From contig NC_045697.1 of assembly GCF_009834535.1 (NCBI RefSeq), forward strand, positions 30,010,001 to 30,074,000: a stretch of DNA of 64,000 bases. The letters run 5' to 3'. Below the pieces are notes generated by a model. It saw only the letters and a list, made by a program, of their open reading frames with translations. It ran no database searches and was not told where the DNA came from. Within the stretch, counting starts at the first letter, position 1, and each line of letters starts with the position of its first letter. The position numbers and the translations under genes were made by a program. This DNA comes from Camelus ferus. Its lineage: Eukaryota. Shown here one piece after another: positions 1-14,520 of the stretch.

Positions 1-769
1 TAAAGTGAAGGGAGTATCTTCCAAATTCAAGCATCCAGCCCAGATATTTTCAAGTGGATTTTAATATTTTTCCCATATAAAGGGACAGAATTAAATTACC
101 CTTAGTGATAGATACCAAGAAACCGAGCGAATTTCTTTTCTCCATCGTCCTGAGTCAATATGGTTAACTGAGACATTCTGGGGAAGGAGATTCTGGGAGA
201 TCCAATAAGCCAATGGCTTGAAAAGCAGCTGTACTTTAAAGAATAGTGTCTCCCTCTCTCATCCTGCAGGAATGCACCAGCATTGCTTGTGAATGCTTTG
301 CACACCTCCAAGTCAGGTTTAATCTGTAACAGTCTTCCTCAGACTGTTCAGGTATCATCAGGTTTTATTACTTAAGTCCTGAGATACCTGTGTGAGAGAT
401 GAAAACAGAAGACTTACTTTTTGCCTACTTGGTCATTCTCCTAACAACAACCAGAAACTTTTCCATCAAAGTCTTGCTGCCAGATCCCTCAAGGTCAGGA
501 GTGCTGGACTCCTTAGCAACTCCCATCACTCCATCCTGGAGCAGGAGGACGTTTGGCACTGTGTTCATACTCTGCTTTACAAGTGAGGAAATGGTGGAGC
601 AGGAAACGGTGGACTTACTCCAGGTCCTTCAAGTAGCAAATAATAAAACAAGAGCTAACATTATACCGAGTGATCATTCACAGGCCAAAAGCTCTCCTTA
701 ACTCCTTTATTTATTATACTTACTTCTCATAACAAGCCTATTCTCTCTAATAATATTATAGATAAATTA

Positions 770-875
770 TTATACCCATTTTACAGATGAGAGAAGGAGC
801 ACAGAGAGGTGAGGTAACTCATCCAGGATGGTAGATGTCAGATTAGAACTCAGGCAGCTGACACCAGGGGCTTCT
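770..875 (-). mobile_element. MIR SINE fragment
   Basis: cccattttacagatgag...gcacagagaggtgaggtaact MIR core. Confidence 0.75.
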
Positions 876-1939
876 CTCACTCTTGGTTCTGCTGCAGAAC
901 TGGGGATAGAACTCAGATCGAGGTTGTTTCCAACTTTCCTTAGCGAGGACTCCTAGTTCCTACCTGAGCCTTATTGCTCAAGGGTCATTCTAATGAAAAG
1001 TAAAGGTCTGCTTTTTTGCAGTTTGGGAAATATTTATCGAGTACATAATATGGTTAAAGGTCTGTGCTAGGTCCTGTGGGGGAGTACCGAGGGATGATTC
1101 CTGCTCTGTCTGCAAAGAAATTAATTCTAGTCCTGCAACTTCACTGTGACTCGAATAGAATTAGCATGACTGATGTCAGTTTTCACTATAAACCATTCTT
1201 TAGGAAACCTGAATTACTTGGACAAGGGTAAATTGTTTCTATTAAAAACAAATTAAAGAGTAATATATGAATGAAGACTGTTCCCCAGTTGGAGCCTGGG
1301 TAAGCGGTGAGAGTGGCTTGACTGTGCCTCAGGGTTGTGTGCGTTTGCAATGACTTTGTTTTCAAGTTGTCACCGTTCTGTTCTAACTGAGGACCAGCCA
1401 TTTAAGCTAAGACTTCCTTGGTTTATGCCTCATGATTTGATTGCTCTCCACCATGGTTGACATCTTAGGAAAGAAGGTTGGAAATAACTTAACTCCCAGG
1501 AGGGATTTAGCTACTTCTGTAATTTTGTCCTTCAAGCTGGTATTTGTCTTGTGTCTGTTTTCATTATTTTAAATAGTCTTATGGTTTTCAGAATCTCCCT
1601 ATTCTCATAGTAAAAAAATACCATTTAGCTTTTATATCTTTCACAAAAAAAGAATTCTGTGATGTTTTACAAGGTCCATGTATCTGTTACCACTAGTATG
1701 CTTGGAATAGTAAACAGATCTCCAAATCCCAGATAAGCAACGTTGAGAAAGGGAGAAACAGGCGTTTTGGCTCTCATTCCTGGGACTGGAGTCGTGACGT
1801 GTGCAGTGGGAGCTTAGGAATCAGAGTGTCTTTCCAGCACTGCCTGTGCTGTCTGACTCTGGACCAGAGTAGGTGTCACGTTCCCACTTGTCTTCCCACA
1901 CTCTCACGACATCCAAGATGATGGTGACAACAACTACAA

Positions 1940-2150
1940 ACGACTAACATTTGGGGAGATGCACTATGTACTAGGCACAACACTATGTTCTTGGGAATTT
2001 GTTATTTAATCCTCACAAGGGTATATGTACATACTCTTATCCTTCTTTCACAGTTAAGGAAACTCATCCAAGGTTACAAAATTAGTAAGACAGAGCTAAG
2101 GTTCAAACAACGTCTGTCTCATTCCATCCCTGAATTCTTAACCACTAAAG
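1940..2150 (-). mobile_element. MIR SINE
   Basis: ctaacatt...cactatgtactaggcac...tttaatcctcacaag...aggaaact...ccaaggttaca. Confidence 0.7.
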
Positions 2151-2214
2151 TAGGGGTCCCTGGGGGAGAGGACATGAAGGGTCATGTCACATAGATGGAA
2201 GCAATTGCGAGGCT

Positions 2215-2500
2215 TTGAATGTGGGGAAGAGAAGACTGAGAAGAGACATGAGGAAGTATCAAAATATTGAAAGACAGTCAAATGGAAGACAGCCTGAGCA
2301 TGATGTAGGCAGTTTCACGGAAGTAGAATTAGAACTGATGAGGAGAAATGGTTGGGAATACCATGTTGGCACAACATAAGAGTTTTCTATCACATTCGGA
2401 GTTACCCAGAGATGAAGTGAAGTGCATCAGAAATCCGTCACTTCCTCATCACAGAAGCCTTTCAAGCCCAGGCTGGACAGCTCCCCGTTGAGGACTGAAC
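2215..2500 (+). mobile_element. CR1/L3 LINE 3' remnant
   Basis: gagaagactgagaagagacatg...caaaatattgaaag and tcctcatcacagaagccttt caagcccaggctggac resemble the CR1/L3 ORF2 C-terminus. Confidence 0.55.
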
Positions 2501-2739
2501 CATTGTCAGTCCTACAACTCTTTAATTCCAACCAGCAGTGCTCTTAAAAGTGCCCCCAAAGTACCCATCAGGAGAGTTGCAGAACCTACCTATTCAGACT
2601 TCTCTGTTCTTAAATCTGTTCTTCCTTTTATGAGGTCAGGGAACTACCAAGGGCTCTGCTAAATGGTACATCATGACACAATATGAGACTGACAGGTATG
2701 CCCAGGGAGGCAAAAAACTGAACCTGGAGGGTAGGAGTG

Positions 2740-2920
2740 GGACTTGCTGTGTGTGCATGCTGAAGTTGCTAAACCTCTCTGTGCTTTGGTTTCCTCATAT
2801 ATTATGCTGTAAATAGGATAATATTATAATGGAGGTGTTTTCAGGATTAATGAGTTAACACATTTAAAGCCCTCAGAACAGTACCTGGCATGTTTTGGGT
2901 CATCAGTGTTAATGTTCATT
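2740..2920 (+). mobile_element. MIR SINE
   Basis: aagttgctaaacctctctgtgctttggtttcctcat...ggattaatgagttaaca...agaacagtacctggca. Confidence 0.75.
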
Positions 2921-3064
2921 TTATAAACATGATTTACTTTTGACTTTGCTCTCAGATGAATGTGTGAAGCATTCATTCAATAATAACCATGACAAGATCA
3001 ACAGTAGCAGCAGTAATAGTTATGTTACTGTTACAAGCCAGAATTAAATTCCAGAGCCGACACT

Positions 3065-3260
3065 TTTAACTGCCTACTCGGTGTTGGGTACTAGCTTAAG
3101 TGCTGTACTAAATTATCTCATTTACTCCTCAGGAAAACCTGGTAGGTACATTTTATTGCATTTTTCAGGTGAGGAACCTGGGACTTAGAGAGCTTATGTA
3201 GCTTGCCAAGTACATCAGTAAGTGGGAAAGGCATGATTAGAAACCAAGTCTTTCTATGTT
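3065..3260 (-). mobile_element. MIR SINE
   Basis: atctcatttactcctca...tttttcaggtgaggaacctgggacttagagag. Confidence 0.7.
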
Positions 3261-5849
3261 TATCTTTGGACATATTTCTACCCCTGACTTAGTAATGGCA
3301 TGTTGAAAAAAACTCTGTAATTAAGTGACATCAAAAATGATTACAAGTTGATTTCGCTTCACAGGTAATGTCTTTAAGATTTGTGCTCTGACATTCACTT
3401 CACATAGGCAGTAAAATGGCATTTGAGAATAAACAGTCAGTAGGATTCAGTATTTACAACTACAAGTGACAGTGAAGTTACAGACTCACCACAAAGAAAG
3501 CATTCCTATTACTTTGCAATAAATCTTGGGCTCTGAAAATAATTTTTTAAAAAAAGATTATCGAGACCCAGCCTTGGCCTGCTAATGCTACACACTATTT
3601 GAAACACCAGAACTGCAGGACAAGAAGAATTTCACAGTCCCTTGGAATGGGGTGTCACGGAATTCGACCCATACGGACACTGAGTTTGTGTATTCAAAAC
3701 TGTGGTGACATAATGTTCTACTTATTTTTGGATCTAAATTTCTTCAAACACCAATGCAAGAAAAATACCCTAAAATGGATTATTTCTTCTGGCTTTCCTT
3801 CAGAAAGACTGAGTAAGAAAAATATGTTGCTAAAATGGGCCAAAATGTTGATGAAATGTCTATGGATATTGTAGGATATGATCAAATGTAAACTGTCTTC
3901 TTTGTCATAAATTAGAGGCAGGCTACAAGCCTAGGTGTTGGCGTTTCCTGTGAAGAGTAAGAAGCTGGTGAAAGAGGATGTTTGACTTTGAAACTGATTG
4001 CAAGGACAAACATTTTAAATATTTTCCCAAATTCTAGCTCCATGAGACATGTCATTTACATCCCTGTTCAGGTTACCCTGCCTGTCTTTGCTCACTAGAA
4101 ATCTCACTAAATTTTTCTTTTCTTTTCTCCATTTATGTTTGTATTTCCAAGCTTTCATCCTGTTGACCTTCCAGATAAGGGTGTAATGAAAATCCAAACT
4201 GACTATTAGAGAAACGTGCTAAGTAGCTTTAAAAAAAAACCAATTTTGTGCTTCTTAACATTATACCAAAAAAGGACTTATCCACCGAGGGAAAGAGAAA
4301 AGAATTGACCATGTAAATGCCTGGACTCAAACCAGCATAGATACTATCCAATAACTGGTTTTGTTTCTCATGGTTAATCATGTCATATCACCTCTTAATC
4401 TGTTTGAGAGACGCAGGAGTGAGACAGATAAAGATGCTCACTTTCTATGGCTAAGAGCTGGGTTGAAGACTGTAACTTGGGGCTGGCAAGTGTACTTACT
4501 ACTGTTTCAGCCCTGACTACGCTAGACTTACCCAGGCTGCCCCAGGGAGAACTCACAGTGCAGACCTCCTCTGCAGTAGCTGTGCCTGGAAAACATATAG
4601 TGCGGAGCAGGAGAGAAAGCACGCTTCTTGCCAGCAGCCGCAGGAAGAGGCTTGGCTGAAAATGCTCTCTCTCCTCCCAGACTTGGCACTCAGATAACTC
4701 AGGAGTAGGGTGGCAGTAAATGCCCAGGAGTGTTACTCTAATGAACACGAAGCAAAAGAATAGAAGGTCTGCCCTCAATGATAAACTATAAAATAAGATG
4801 CAGCTGGAATGTAGGACGCTGTTTTTCAACCCTGACTGAACATATTAAAAATACATCGTGCTTACCGAGTAGTGTGATTCATAGATCCTACATCCCCAGA
4901 TTCCTAGAGATGGGTTGTCAAGGTAATAAAGAAACTGGTGGCAGTTTCAGAGATAATGCTACATAAGGACTCCAAAAATGGCACTAAAAGGCATTCCTAA
5001 TCCTGCCTGTGCATCAGATCCACCAAAGGAAGAACCTGTTGATTAGAGCAAAGCCTTGTTCCTCCTCCTCCTCAGAAAAGGGATTATCCATAAAAGCCCC
5101 CACACTCTTGAATCTATCTAGCATTTCTCTCACTGCTGTGACCGAATTTCTCTTCAAGGAGGAAAAGAGAAGACTAGAAGTCAGCCCCCATTGCATGTGG
5201 TCGAGAGCACAGAATTAGCCCTGTTTGCAAAATGGTGGTGTGGCGTCAGGTCCCGGGGCAGGATAGCAGGTATCCGTGTCCCAGCGACTCAGTAACGCAC
5301 AGCCCTACCCTTGGCAGTATGCTCCGGCCCCCCCAGGAAACATTAGTTTCAGCTCCATCACTTTGAACGCTGAAAAATGGTAAGCCTGCTGGCCCTCACA
5401 ATTCTGTAGCCATTCCATGCTTTAAACAGTAGCCCCAAAGTGAAGCTCTTACCAGAGACATTCTGGTTATAACTGTAACAAAACTTTGTCTCCCAAGAGG
5501 TCTGAGTAAGTGATCTCAAAACATGTGGCCCCACCTCTGCTTAATTGCTGCAGAGAGTCTGTGGTTTCTGTGGGAGCTGCTATATCTGAAGTTTAAGCCT
5601 TGCTTTTCTTCTGTTCAGCCCTCTGTTTCTTAGGTGATACGGTTTGCATTCGTGTTGCAGTCGAGCAGATAGAAACTCTTATTTCTGTTTGCATCTTACG
5701 TTTAAGCAGAGGCATTAATTTTGGAGACAGAATGAGTCATGACTTTGGACCTAAGCATCATGGAAAGGAGTTAATTGTGGCTCAGCATCATACATAAGTG
5801 TCCATTCTCTGGGCATCTTATGACGTAAAGATGTCCTGTAGATAGTTTT

Positions 5850-6980
5850 GGAGAGTTTAGAAGGATTGAAGAAGCAGAAATGTTTAGACAAAGGTTAAAA
5901 CCAAAATGATGACTGGCATTGCCCAAGAATAGACTGAGAAGAGTAATCAGCCATGGGGTGTGACTAGGGAAACTGTCATTTTCAAAATGGTAGAGAAAGA
6001 GGAACTCAGGAAGAAGATTGAGAAAAGAGGGCAAAGGAATATTGGAAAGTGAATCAACAGAAGCATCATTGGAAAGAAGCATGTCTCAAGGAAGAAGAGG
6101 CAATGAACTGTGCCAGATGCAGGTAGAGAATTAGCCCATTGTAAGAACTGGAAAGTCCCTCTTGAATTAAAAAGTATGGGATGATTGTTGACCTTAAGAA
6201 CATTTGTACCAGATGGTGAGAATTGAAGTCAATGGTGAAGAGGCTCCAACAGGAGGAGAGAAATAAAGACTGAGACCGGGGATGACTCTCATGGCATGAG
6301 AGCTGAGAAGGAAGGAGAGAGAATGGGTATTAACTTGAGGGAGACACACAGTCCTTGGAGGACTTTTCTGTAGGGTAGGAATGTTCTTTGTCTTGTTTCT
6401 AGGAGAAAGAGAAGATTGGTGAGAGAAAGAAGATGAAGAGATAGGAGAGAGGGTAAAATAGGTAGGATGATGTCTTGGAAGATAGGAAGGGATAACACTG
6501 ACAAGGAAGGAGAGACTTATGTCCTCAGACCAGGGGAGAGGAAGTGATCATGGGTGTATAAATGAAGAATGGAGTGTGACAGTGTCATTCTTTTGCAGCA
6601 GGAGGCAAAGATAACTAAAAATAAGTGAGAAGAGTGTTGCATAGAAAGCACAGAGAGAAGTGGGAGGTTGGATCAGTTGCTGAGGGGAACGGAAAAGGAC
6701 TGGACTCAGTGAGGACCCAGCTGAGTTTGGAAATCATGAGTTTATAATGGAGCCAACATGTTCTATTGAGTGATCAAGGGGTTAGAAGTTTGTTACGAGG
6801 TCCAAGAACTAGTGCATGAGTGCATAGTTGAGAATGAGAGAGAGCTTGATGGATGATGTGGTAGACCACGGGATACTATACTAGGTTTTCTAAGGTATCA
6901 CTACAGGTAATGACAAGGTTCACAGTGGGTCTCTAAAGTGGAACCTGGCCTTACAAGAAGGTGAAGTGGATGACTCTTGT
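5850..6980 (-). mobile_element. Degenerate L2 LINE body
   Basis: Long purine-rich tract with L2-like phrases (caaggaagaagaggcaatgaactgtgccagatgc, gattgttgaccttaaga). Confidence 0.5.
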
Positions 6981-9529
6981 GTGGTTTGATGTCACAGATG
7001 CTGAAAAGCCAAATCACCTCAAAAATTCACCTCTACCCCAAATAGGTATTTATAGGAGCCTGACTATCTATAGGAATGCTTTATACCTGCCCTCATAGTA
7101 AACCTCATAGAACAAGACTGTTAATATTTTAATTTGTAATGATTTCTACCGAAGCATGAATGAAAGGTAAGGACAGTTCTCTGACATATTCATTGATTGG
7201 TTTGTTGATATGGGAAGGAGCAAGTGGAGAGAGTGAGTGTAAGCTCTGACAGTGAGAGAGAGGGAGAAATTTCAGCTGCTGAACTGAATTCAACTTTGTC
7301 AGACTTTTCCTTTTCCAAGCCCCGCTCCATCTGTAAGTGTAACATAACTAACAGTATCTTCATGGATGCAAGAATATAGCCTTGCAAATGTCCCACTCAA
7401 ATTATTACAAACTGTATAGAAACACAGGCAGTTTTGGAATCACACAGAATCAAAAACTTGACAATTAGCAGTACATTGAATTTAAGCAGCTTACCATTGG
7501 AGTTGGTTTCATATTACATCTCAATGCCCCAGCTTGAACAACCTTCCACTGCTTTTATGGTCCTAGTTTTTTACCTAAGGAAAGAAATATGAGATACCTT
7601 AATTCCAGGAGCAAAATTAAGAATGGAGTTTGAGTGCTACAGAATTTGACAGAGAAGTAAAAAAAAGAGGGTCTGTGAAATAAGACATTCTGGCAAAAGA
7701 AAGCAAGTTTCTTAATAGCAGGTTTTAAATGAGCATGGTTAAGAAAAATAACATGGAACAGATTCTTTTATAAGCAAGGAAGAGAACACAGAAAGGAATA
7801 ATGCAGGGTTAGAATGAAATGAACTAGAATTAGAGTTTGTGGCAGCATATAACCAGAGTATTGCCGCATGGATCTCGTGTTTTGATTTCAGTATCTTGAC
7901 AGTTAGATAGAACTTTGGTTTAGAAGTGGGAGAGGACCTGGTTAGTGACTCCTTGGTTGGTTAAGGACTTTACAGTCATGAGGCATCAGGAGTGTGGAAC
8001 TTGAAGGAAGAGGCAGATGAGCGTGTTCACGTAGTAGGATTCAAGCACTTCACAGGGGCTGTTAGCAGTCAGTGACATCATGGAAATTCTTAGTGGAGAG
8101 GTTCTTATTCCCTCAGACTAAGATAGGGTTGTCTGCAGTAATGGAACAATTTCTGCATCAAGGGTTATACAGATAAAGGAAATCTCTAAGTAACTTTAGC
8201 TGGTGTTGGACTTTCAAATCTTCTCCAAACAAATGTATGGCAGTCAGTCTCTCCTACAAAAAGATGGCTTTGAGTTTCACTATTGTGTTCCCTCTTTCTA
8301 CAGTGGTGATACCAGTAAGCAGTGAATTGGTCAGACTGCAGAGGGCAAGAGAAAAATGGTCCACGTCGAATTGGCTTGACTGTAACTGGAGAAGCCCCAC
8401 AGCTGAGAAAGTTAACAGTACCAACAATCAATTTACAGAGTCTTTTTAAAGAAGTACAATTTGTCATCTTTTTCTGGATTTAACTATATAATCACTATAT
8501 GAACGTAAAAATCAAAAAAATGTATGGAAGGGAAAATAAAGTTGTGCGTAACAGTCCACTCAGAGCCTGTTAGCATCCTGGGTGCAGTCTTCTGGTTTTT
8601 GCTCTGTACGTGTATCACGTATACAGATGACGTGGCTGAGTTATTACTGTACATCAGCTTTCTACCTTCATTTTCCCTTGTCCTTGATCATGAGGATTTC
8701 TCCAGGTTGCTAAGAATGCTGAAAACACCATTTTGATGGCTATATATTTTTCCCCCATAGGGACGACATACATTAAATTATTTAGGTATACTTTTTTATT
8801 GGGCATTTGGGTTATTTCCAGTTTTAACTTATTATAAATAAAGTTGTGATGAGCAATCATGCACATAAATCCTTTTTTCCTGACTGTTTTTTAGAATAAA
8901 GTCCCACAGTAAAATTGCTAGATCAAAGAAAACCCACATTTTTAAGGTGCCTCTCACACTCTGCACATGTGATGAAATGTGGTAAGCACCTGAGGCAGGA
9001 GACTCAGTTATAAAGGCTAATGACTACTTTGTTATTAGCTATAAGAACCCTTTAAAGGTTTTTGAGTCCTAGACCTTTGCTGTAAGTTCCCATACATTAA
9101 TATAATTAAGAAGACAAATCTCTCTTATATGCCATCCGTGAGGGAATTTGTGCCAAATTAAACAAACAGCCCTCTTTTTAGAAAGCAAACCCAGGAGGCA
9201 AGAATTACCAGGGGTTTCACTGAACTACTTTATTCCAGGCAGGTTTTAGGTTTAGTATCAAGTGGGATCTGGCAGGGGCCATGGAGTGAAAGTGTGTTTA
9301 GGGTGTGTGGGGGGACTTCCCTGGATTTCACTAGTCTCCATGAGGATTTATCGTCATATTGTAGGATCCAGACCCATCACTGGGAGGCTAGTTCAGGCCA
9401 CAAGCCTATCTACTTATCCATAGCTACTGTCATTGTTTTAATTTGCTGAAATTAAGCTATCAAGACTTCAAGTGTGGCTTGAGTTTTCTGTTATGCTATA
9501 TGTTTTGGGCTTTATGGAAAAACATCTGT

Positions 9530-9740
9530 GAGACTGTGCAAGGCAGGGTAATGGGCGTTGGAGATTAAGTTTGAATCCCAGCTCCATCATTTGTGGCTGT
9601 GTGACAGTGGGGAATCATTCTACCACTTGGGGCCTTACCTTTTATTTCCTCGTCTGTAAATTAGGAGCAACTGAGCCCACCTTGTAGAGCTGTAGTGAGA
9701 AGGAAAAGAATAATGTCTTTGAAATACTTAGCACAATCTT
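9530..9740 (+). mobile_element. MIR SINE
   Basis: gtttgaatcccagctccatcatttgtggctgtgtgac...ttcctcgtctgtaaa. Confidence 0.75.
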
Positions 9741-10661
9741 GTTTCTAAATTTTTTTTTATCTTACAAATGCACTCACACACATGCATACACACACATTAT
9801 TTATTGCAGCCTATTTTGAAGTAGCAGAAGATTGGAAACAGCCTAAGTGTCCATCAAGAGAAAACTAATTATTCCGTGACCAGTAGCTGTTCTCACTGCT
9901 TTAAGTATGAAGAAACTGACAAGGTTAACATTTCAACATTTTTAATTCTTTAAGGCATCATAATTGAAAAAGTGCAGTTTTGCCTGTTAGCTCTGTATTA
10001 TGTTATCAGATGTGGATTTAATGGGTAAATGTCCATCTCACCCTAAATTCAATCATTCAGGAAGTAATTATTATATGCCAGCATTATGCTGTGGTTTCAC
10101 ATCCTCATTAGAAGTTCAAAATTTTAAAATTGTATTCATTTTGGCGTGTAGTCTTTTGGAAATAATTTTCAGATCCAGTTTCATTATGTGGATATGAAAT
10201 CCTCCCTAATACATTTGAGAACGCTCCGTACTTGGTCTTGTAACTTCTTGGCATACAAATTTATATGATAAATATAAAGCTCATATTGGGAATGTCTTGT
10301 GAGTAGCAGGAAGATGTTTAAGGTTAAGGCCTGAATATATGAAATTATTAAAACATATTTTGGCAAGTGTGGATTTCACTTCATAAGGGAAAGAATCTGT
10401 GGCTTTTCTTTCAGAGTGTGTATACATGAAGCAAGAATGAGTCTATCTTGAAGGAGGCGGGTATTTGCTTCTTGCAGTGTCGAGATGGCACAGTTGTAGC
10501 AGATACCCCCAGCCTGCTGGCCCTCCCATGAGATTTCCCAGCCACTTTTGGGTTTCAGGTCCAGCGGCTGTAGCAGATACTGTTGATACTACAAAAGCTG
10601 TACTAATACTAGCCTAAGTAATAGACCTGCCTTTCTGGAACTGTTTGTTGTCTGAAAGGAG

Positions 10662-10689
10662 AAAAAAAAAAAAAAAAAAAAAAAAAAAA
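10662..10689. repeat. Poly(A) tract, 28 nt
   Basis: Uninterrupted A run. Confidence 0.95.
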
Positions 10690-11119
10690 GACAGGCTTCT
10701 TTCAGCCATTTGTTGTCACTTAGTGACTTCAAGTGCAAACTAACTTGCCTAGTTAAACAACAAAGAAGAATGTGTAAGATACAAAATCAAAGGAGGGCAG
10801 GAGATGCATGGTGACTTTAATAAACATTGTATTTACAAGGTGCTTTTTTAGTTCACCCTCTGACTGCATAATCTCTTCATTTGTGATAGTTCTGGTGGGG
10901 TTTGTGTTTGATTTTGAAACTTCCATATAGTCTAGATATGCTCAACTTTAATTATTTCCAGTCTTGTGTTTCTATATGTTTTTATGATTAAGAATACTTT
11001 AAATTTGCTAAATCTACATTTTTCACATAACTTTTAACTTTAAAAGCAATTTATTGTTTTATCTTACTGTAAAAGCAATACTTGCTTATTTCAGAAAAAA
11101 TGAAAATAACTACGATGTT

Positions 11120-11800
11120 TTTGGATGACAGTCTAGAATTATCTATCATATAAAAACAATGCAGATATCCTTTGACTAAGCAATTTCACTTCTAAGTATT
11201 ATATCCTACAGACACATTCCCACTTGTGTGAAATGACACATATATAACGTTTTTAACTGCAGCATTTTTGCCTCACGAAATGATTAGAAATAACCTTAAT
11301 TCCATCAAAAAGGGACTGGTTACTAAGTTGTGGTCTTTTATGGTTAAGATCACCTTACGTCCAGCTTTGTCTGAGATAGTCCTGGTTTATGTCTCTTGTT
11401 CCACTGTAATTAGTAATAGCATCCCTTTCAAAAGTATCTTCATTTGGGCAGTAAATTATACATTTATCCTAATTTTGACCTGCTCATGCCATGGAATACC
11501 ACAGTCTTAAAAAAAAGGAATGATGACACTCTTTACCTATTGATTAATAATAATAATTTTAAAAAAGCAAGGTGTAGCTACTTTGGGTTTAAAAAAATGA
11601 AAGGTGTAGAATATATGTACATAGATTGGTATACACACAAAATGCTTCTGGAAAAATATATGAGAAACTGGAAATATTAGTTGCCTTGAGAGTAGGAATC
11701 TGGGTGACTGGAGGACAGAACTAGGAAGAAAACTTCACAATATACCCTTTTGTGTATTTTTTAATTATATGAATAAAGCTTCTTTTCAAAATACTCAGAA
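11120..11800 (+). mobile_element. Old L1M 3' region, interrupted by a MER94-like element
   Basis: atcctttgactaagcaatttcacttctaag...actgcagcattttt...ttagaaataacctt L1 ORF2-end/3' UTR phrases. Confidence 0.65.
11345..11471. mobile_element. MER94-like hAT-Blackjack DNA transposon remnant
   Basis: taagatcaccttacgtccagctttgtctgagatagtcctggtttat...taattagtaatagcatccctttc...aaattatacatttatccta follows the MER94 consensus as I recall it. Confidence 0.6.
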
Positions 11801-11959
11801 GAATTTTAGAAGGGAAGAAAAATTATATATTTACATAGAAAAATCACTTAAAATTATACATCCTAATGCTAACAATGCTTACTCTGAGTAATTCCATTGC
11901 AAGTCATCTTTTAAAAGAACTGTATAATTTAGACTTCTATATTCTTCAGACCATTGTAG

Positions 11960-12440
11960 TGCCTAACATAAATCTATACCAACAGGGGTGTATACCATAA
12001 TAGTTTCCAGCATGAGTACATACCACAATTTTATTTCGGCAATCCCCTGTTGTTGAGCATTTTTGTTGTCTCTAGTTTTTCATTTTCAACAGTGTTCCAG
12101 TGAGTTTTCTTTTACAAAAATCTTTGTAAAAGAATCATGTTTAAGTCTTTAGAACATATTCCTGAAAGATAAATGGCTGAATCCGAGAAATGCAAAATCC
12201 GAAGGCTTTTGGCACTTATTTCTAAATCGCCTTTCTGAAAGATAGTATAGTACCGATCCCCAGTCTTGCTAGCAATATAAGACTGCCGACTTCATACCTT
12301 CTCCAACGCTCGGTCTTATCATTTGTGTTCATCTTGGCCAATCCGATGGTAAAATTGTTTTTATGCTGTTTAAACCTGCATTAAAAATTTTTTAGTAGGT
12401 TAAAACCTCCCCCAGATACTGGCCATTTGTATTTCTTATG
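11960..12440 (-). mobile_element. Old L1M fragment
   Basis: caatcccctgttgttgagcatttttgttgtctctagttttt...ctggccatttgtatttctt. Confidence 0.6.
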
Positions 12441-13639
12441 AATAAAAGCTAACAGAAGAAAAACAAACTTTTAGTGGGACAAAAGCCTTAAAATTGTGCT
12501 CTGGGAGGGTGAGATTTTGTTTTCTGTTTTTTCTTTTTGCTTGTCCAACTACTCAGATTTAAAGCTGCTTTTAGAAATATCAAATCTAAAATGACTGTGT
12601 AAGTCTAAAGGCCAGCTGCTGCATTATACCAACCTGGTACCTTTCAGTGTCAGGGCTGTTCTCCACATCCTGTTGTCTGTCCTGTGAGAGTCTTGCTCAG
12701 TCCCAGAAATTGACAACATAATCATATCTCCACTTCTGATTCTTACACGGTGATACTGGTAAGACAGGAGATGTCTTAGAAGTTCATTGTAATTTGCTGA
12801 ATGTTTTAAACTAACAACAGAACGTTGTACCCTTAAATATGGGGTGGAAGAATCATTTGTGTTAGGATGGTTTTACCTTAATCTGCTTTTCAAATGGCGC
12901 TGAGTCAAATGTCTCAACACAGTCGCACAGTCCATCTGGAGTGCAGACGGGCATCGTTAATCCAGCAGTTATCTGCATCGTGTATATGTGTCCAAACATC
13001 AAACAAATCAAACTCCTTTGATGTCCTTCTCAATCAGTGTTTAGTTTCAAAAATATTCTCTGCAGTGCTGAGCCTAACTGCAGAATTGCTTTAAGTCTTC
13101 TTTCTCCTCCCCTCCACTTCACACTCACACAGTGTTTTAAGGGAATTAAAACACTCAGCTGCTTCAAAAGACACTCAGGCTGAGATGGCTGCCTTTCTCT
13201 AGGATCTTCTCAGTGTGTGCAACATACAAGGGTGTATGTAATGTACAGGCAGCAGTGTGTCCATTTCTTTACACTGTGTGGTCCAAGGTGCCTGGCAAGA
13301 CCCCACTTGGAGGCTTTTCTGTTGCCTAGCAGGGCTGCAGAGAGCTGCTTCTTAAGGGCAGTATTTGATAGCTAACTGGGATTTTTAGGAAGGCATTGTG
13401 TAGGAAGAGGGAGCACACCAGGCTTATTTAATTTTCTCACTGGTAACGTTGTGAAGCATATGAGTGTAATTTACATTTTATAGATCAGGTAACTGAGACC
13501 CAGACCTATGAAGGGAGGAGGCAGGAATTTTAAATTCCAAATCTCATGCTTTTTCTCATCATATCATACTAGGTGTCCTGTAGAACAATTGTTAAGTGAA
13601 CAAATTTCATGTCAACTTTCTAAGATTATAGTCAAATAC

Positions 13640-14520
13640 ATAAAAATAGACAAGTAAATGTCCTTGAACCATTTAATGCCATCTCCTTTCCCCTGAGTCA
13701 CATACTTGGCCACAAAGAAAGCCTTCAAAAGCTCAGAGAGGAGAGAGATTTATCAGAGAACACTCCCTGATTACAATGTAATGAGAATAGAAAAAATGCA
13801 AGGCAATTTTAAAAAACCTTATCCACTTGTAAATTATAAAACACACTCATTGATAACCCCGGGATCAAAAGGAAATCAAAGAAATTGTTTAAGTTACTGG
13901 GAAAGAATTAAAACAAAATATTTCTTTATCAGAACTTTCAAGCATAGTAAAAGCTGTACTCAGAGGAAACGTTTTATTCTTTAATAAAGAATAAAGAAAA
14001 AATAGCTCAACTTATTATTTGCAAAACAAAGAGGAACAAAACAAACCTAAAAAGTTAGTGAGAGGATTAATAGATAAAAGCTGAAATTAAAGGGATAGAA
14101 TAATGGATAAATAAGTCCAAAAGCTGGTTCTTTGGAAGGACCAATAAGATAGATAAACCCCTTGAAAGCCAAATTAAGGGAAAAGCATGCTAGCAAAAGA
14201 ATACTAAACAAATAAAATAATAGGAAATGACAAAACAGTACAAACAAGAAAAATTAAAATCGTGTAGAGACTTGTATAAACAACGCTTTTGTAAGAGGTG
14301 TGAAAAACCAATGGAAAAGGATGATTTCTTAGCAAAATACAAATGATCAAATTGACCCCAAGAGCAGTGGAAACCCTGCAGTTACTGGATTACTGTGAAG
14401 GCACTAGAAAGGTAATTAAAGAGTTACGTTTCACAAAGACTCTAGAACCAGATGGTTATGGAGCTGACCTTTAAGAACAGAAAAGACAGTATTATTTAAA
14501 CTATTCCAAGTGAATTAAGA
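13640..14520 (+). mobile_element. Degenerate L1 ORF2 fragment
   Basis: A-rich; aaagctgtactcagaggaaa and aaaagctggttctttggaaggaccaataagatagataaacc are typical L1 ORF2 phrases; many stops. Confidence 0.75.

Noticed and set aside
10662..10689. Poly(A) runs (also 22915-22934) as processed-pseudogene tails
   Set aside because: No recognisable retrocopy upstream and no clear TSD; simple slippage tracts
13640..14520. Active L1 or domesticated reverse transcriptase
   Set aside because: Short, truncated and full of stops and frameshifts
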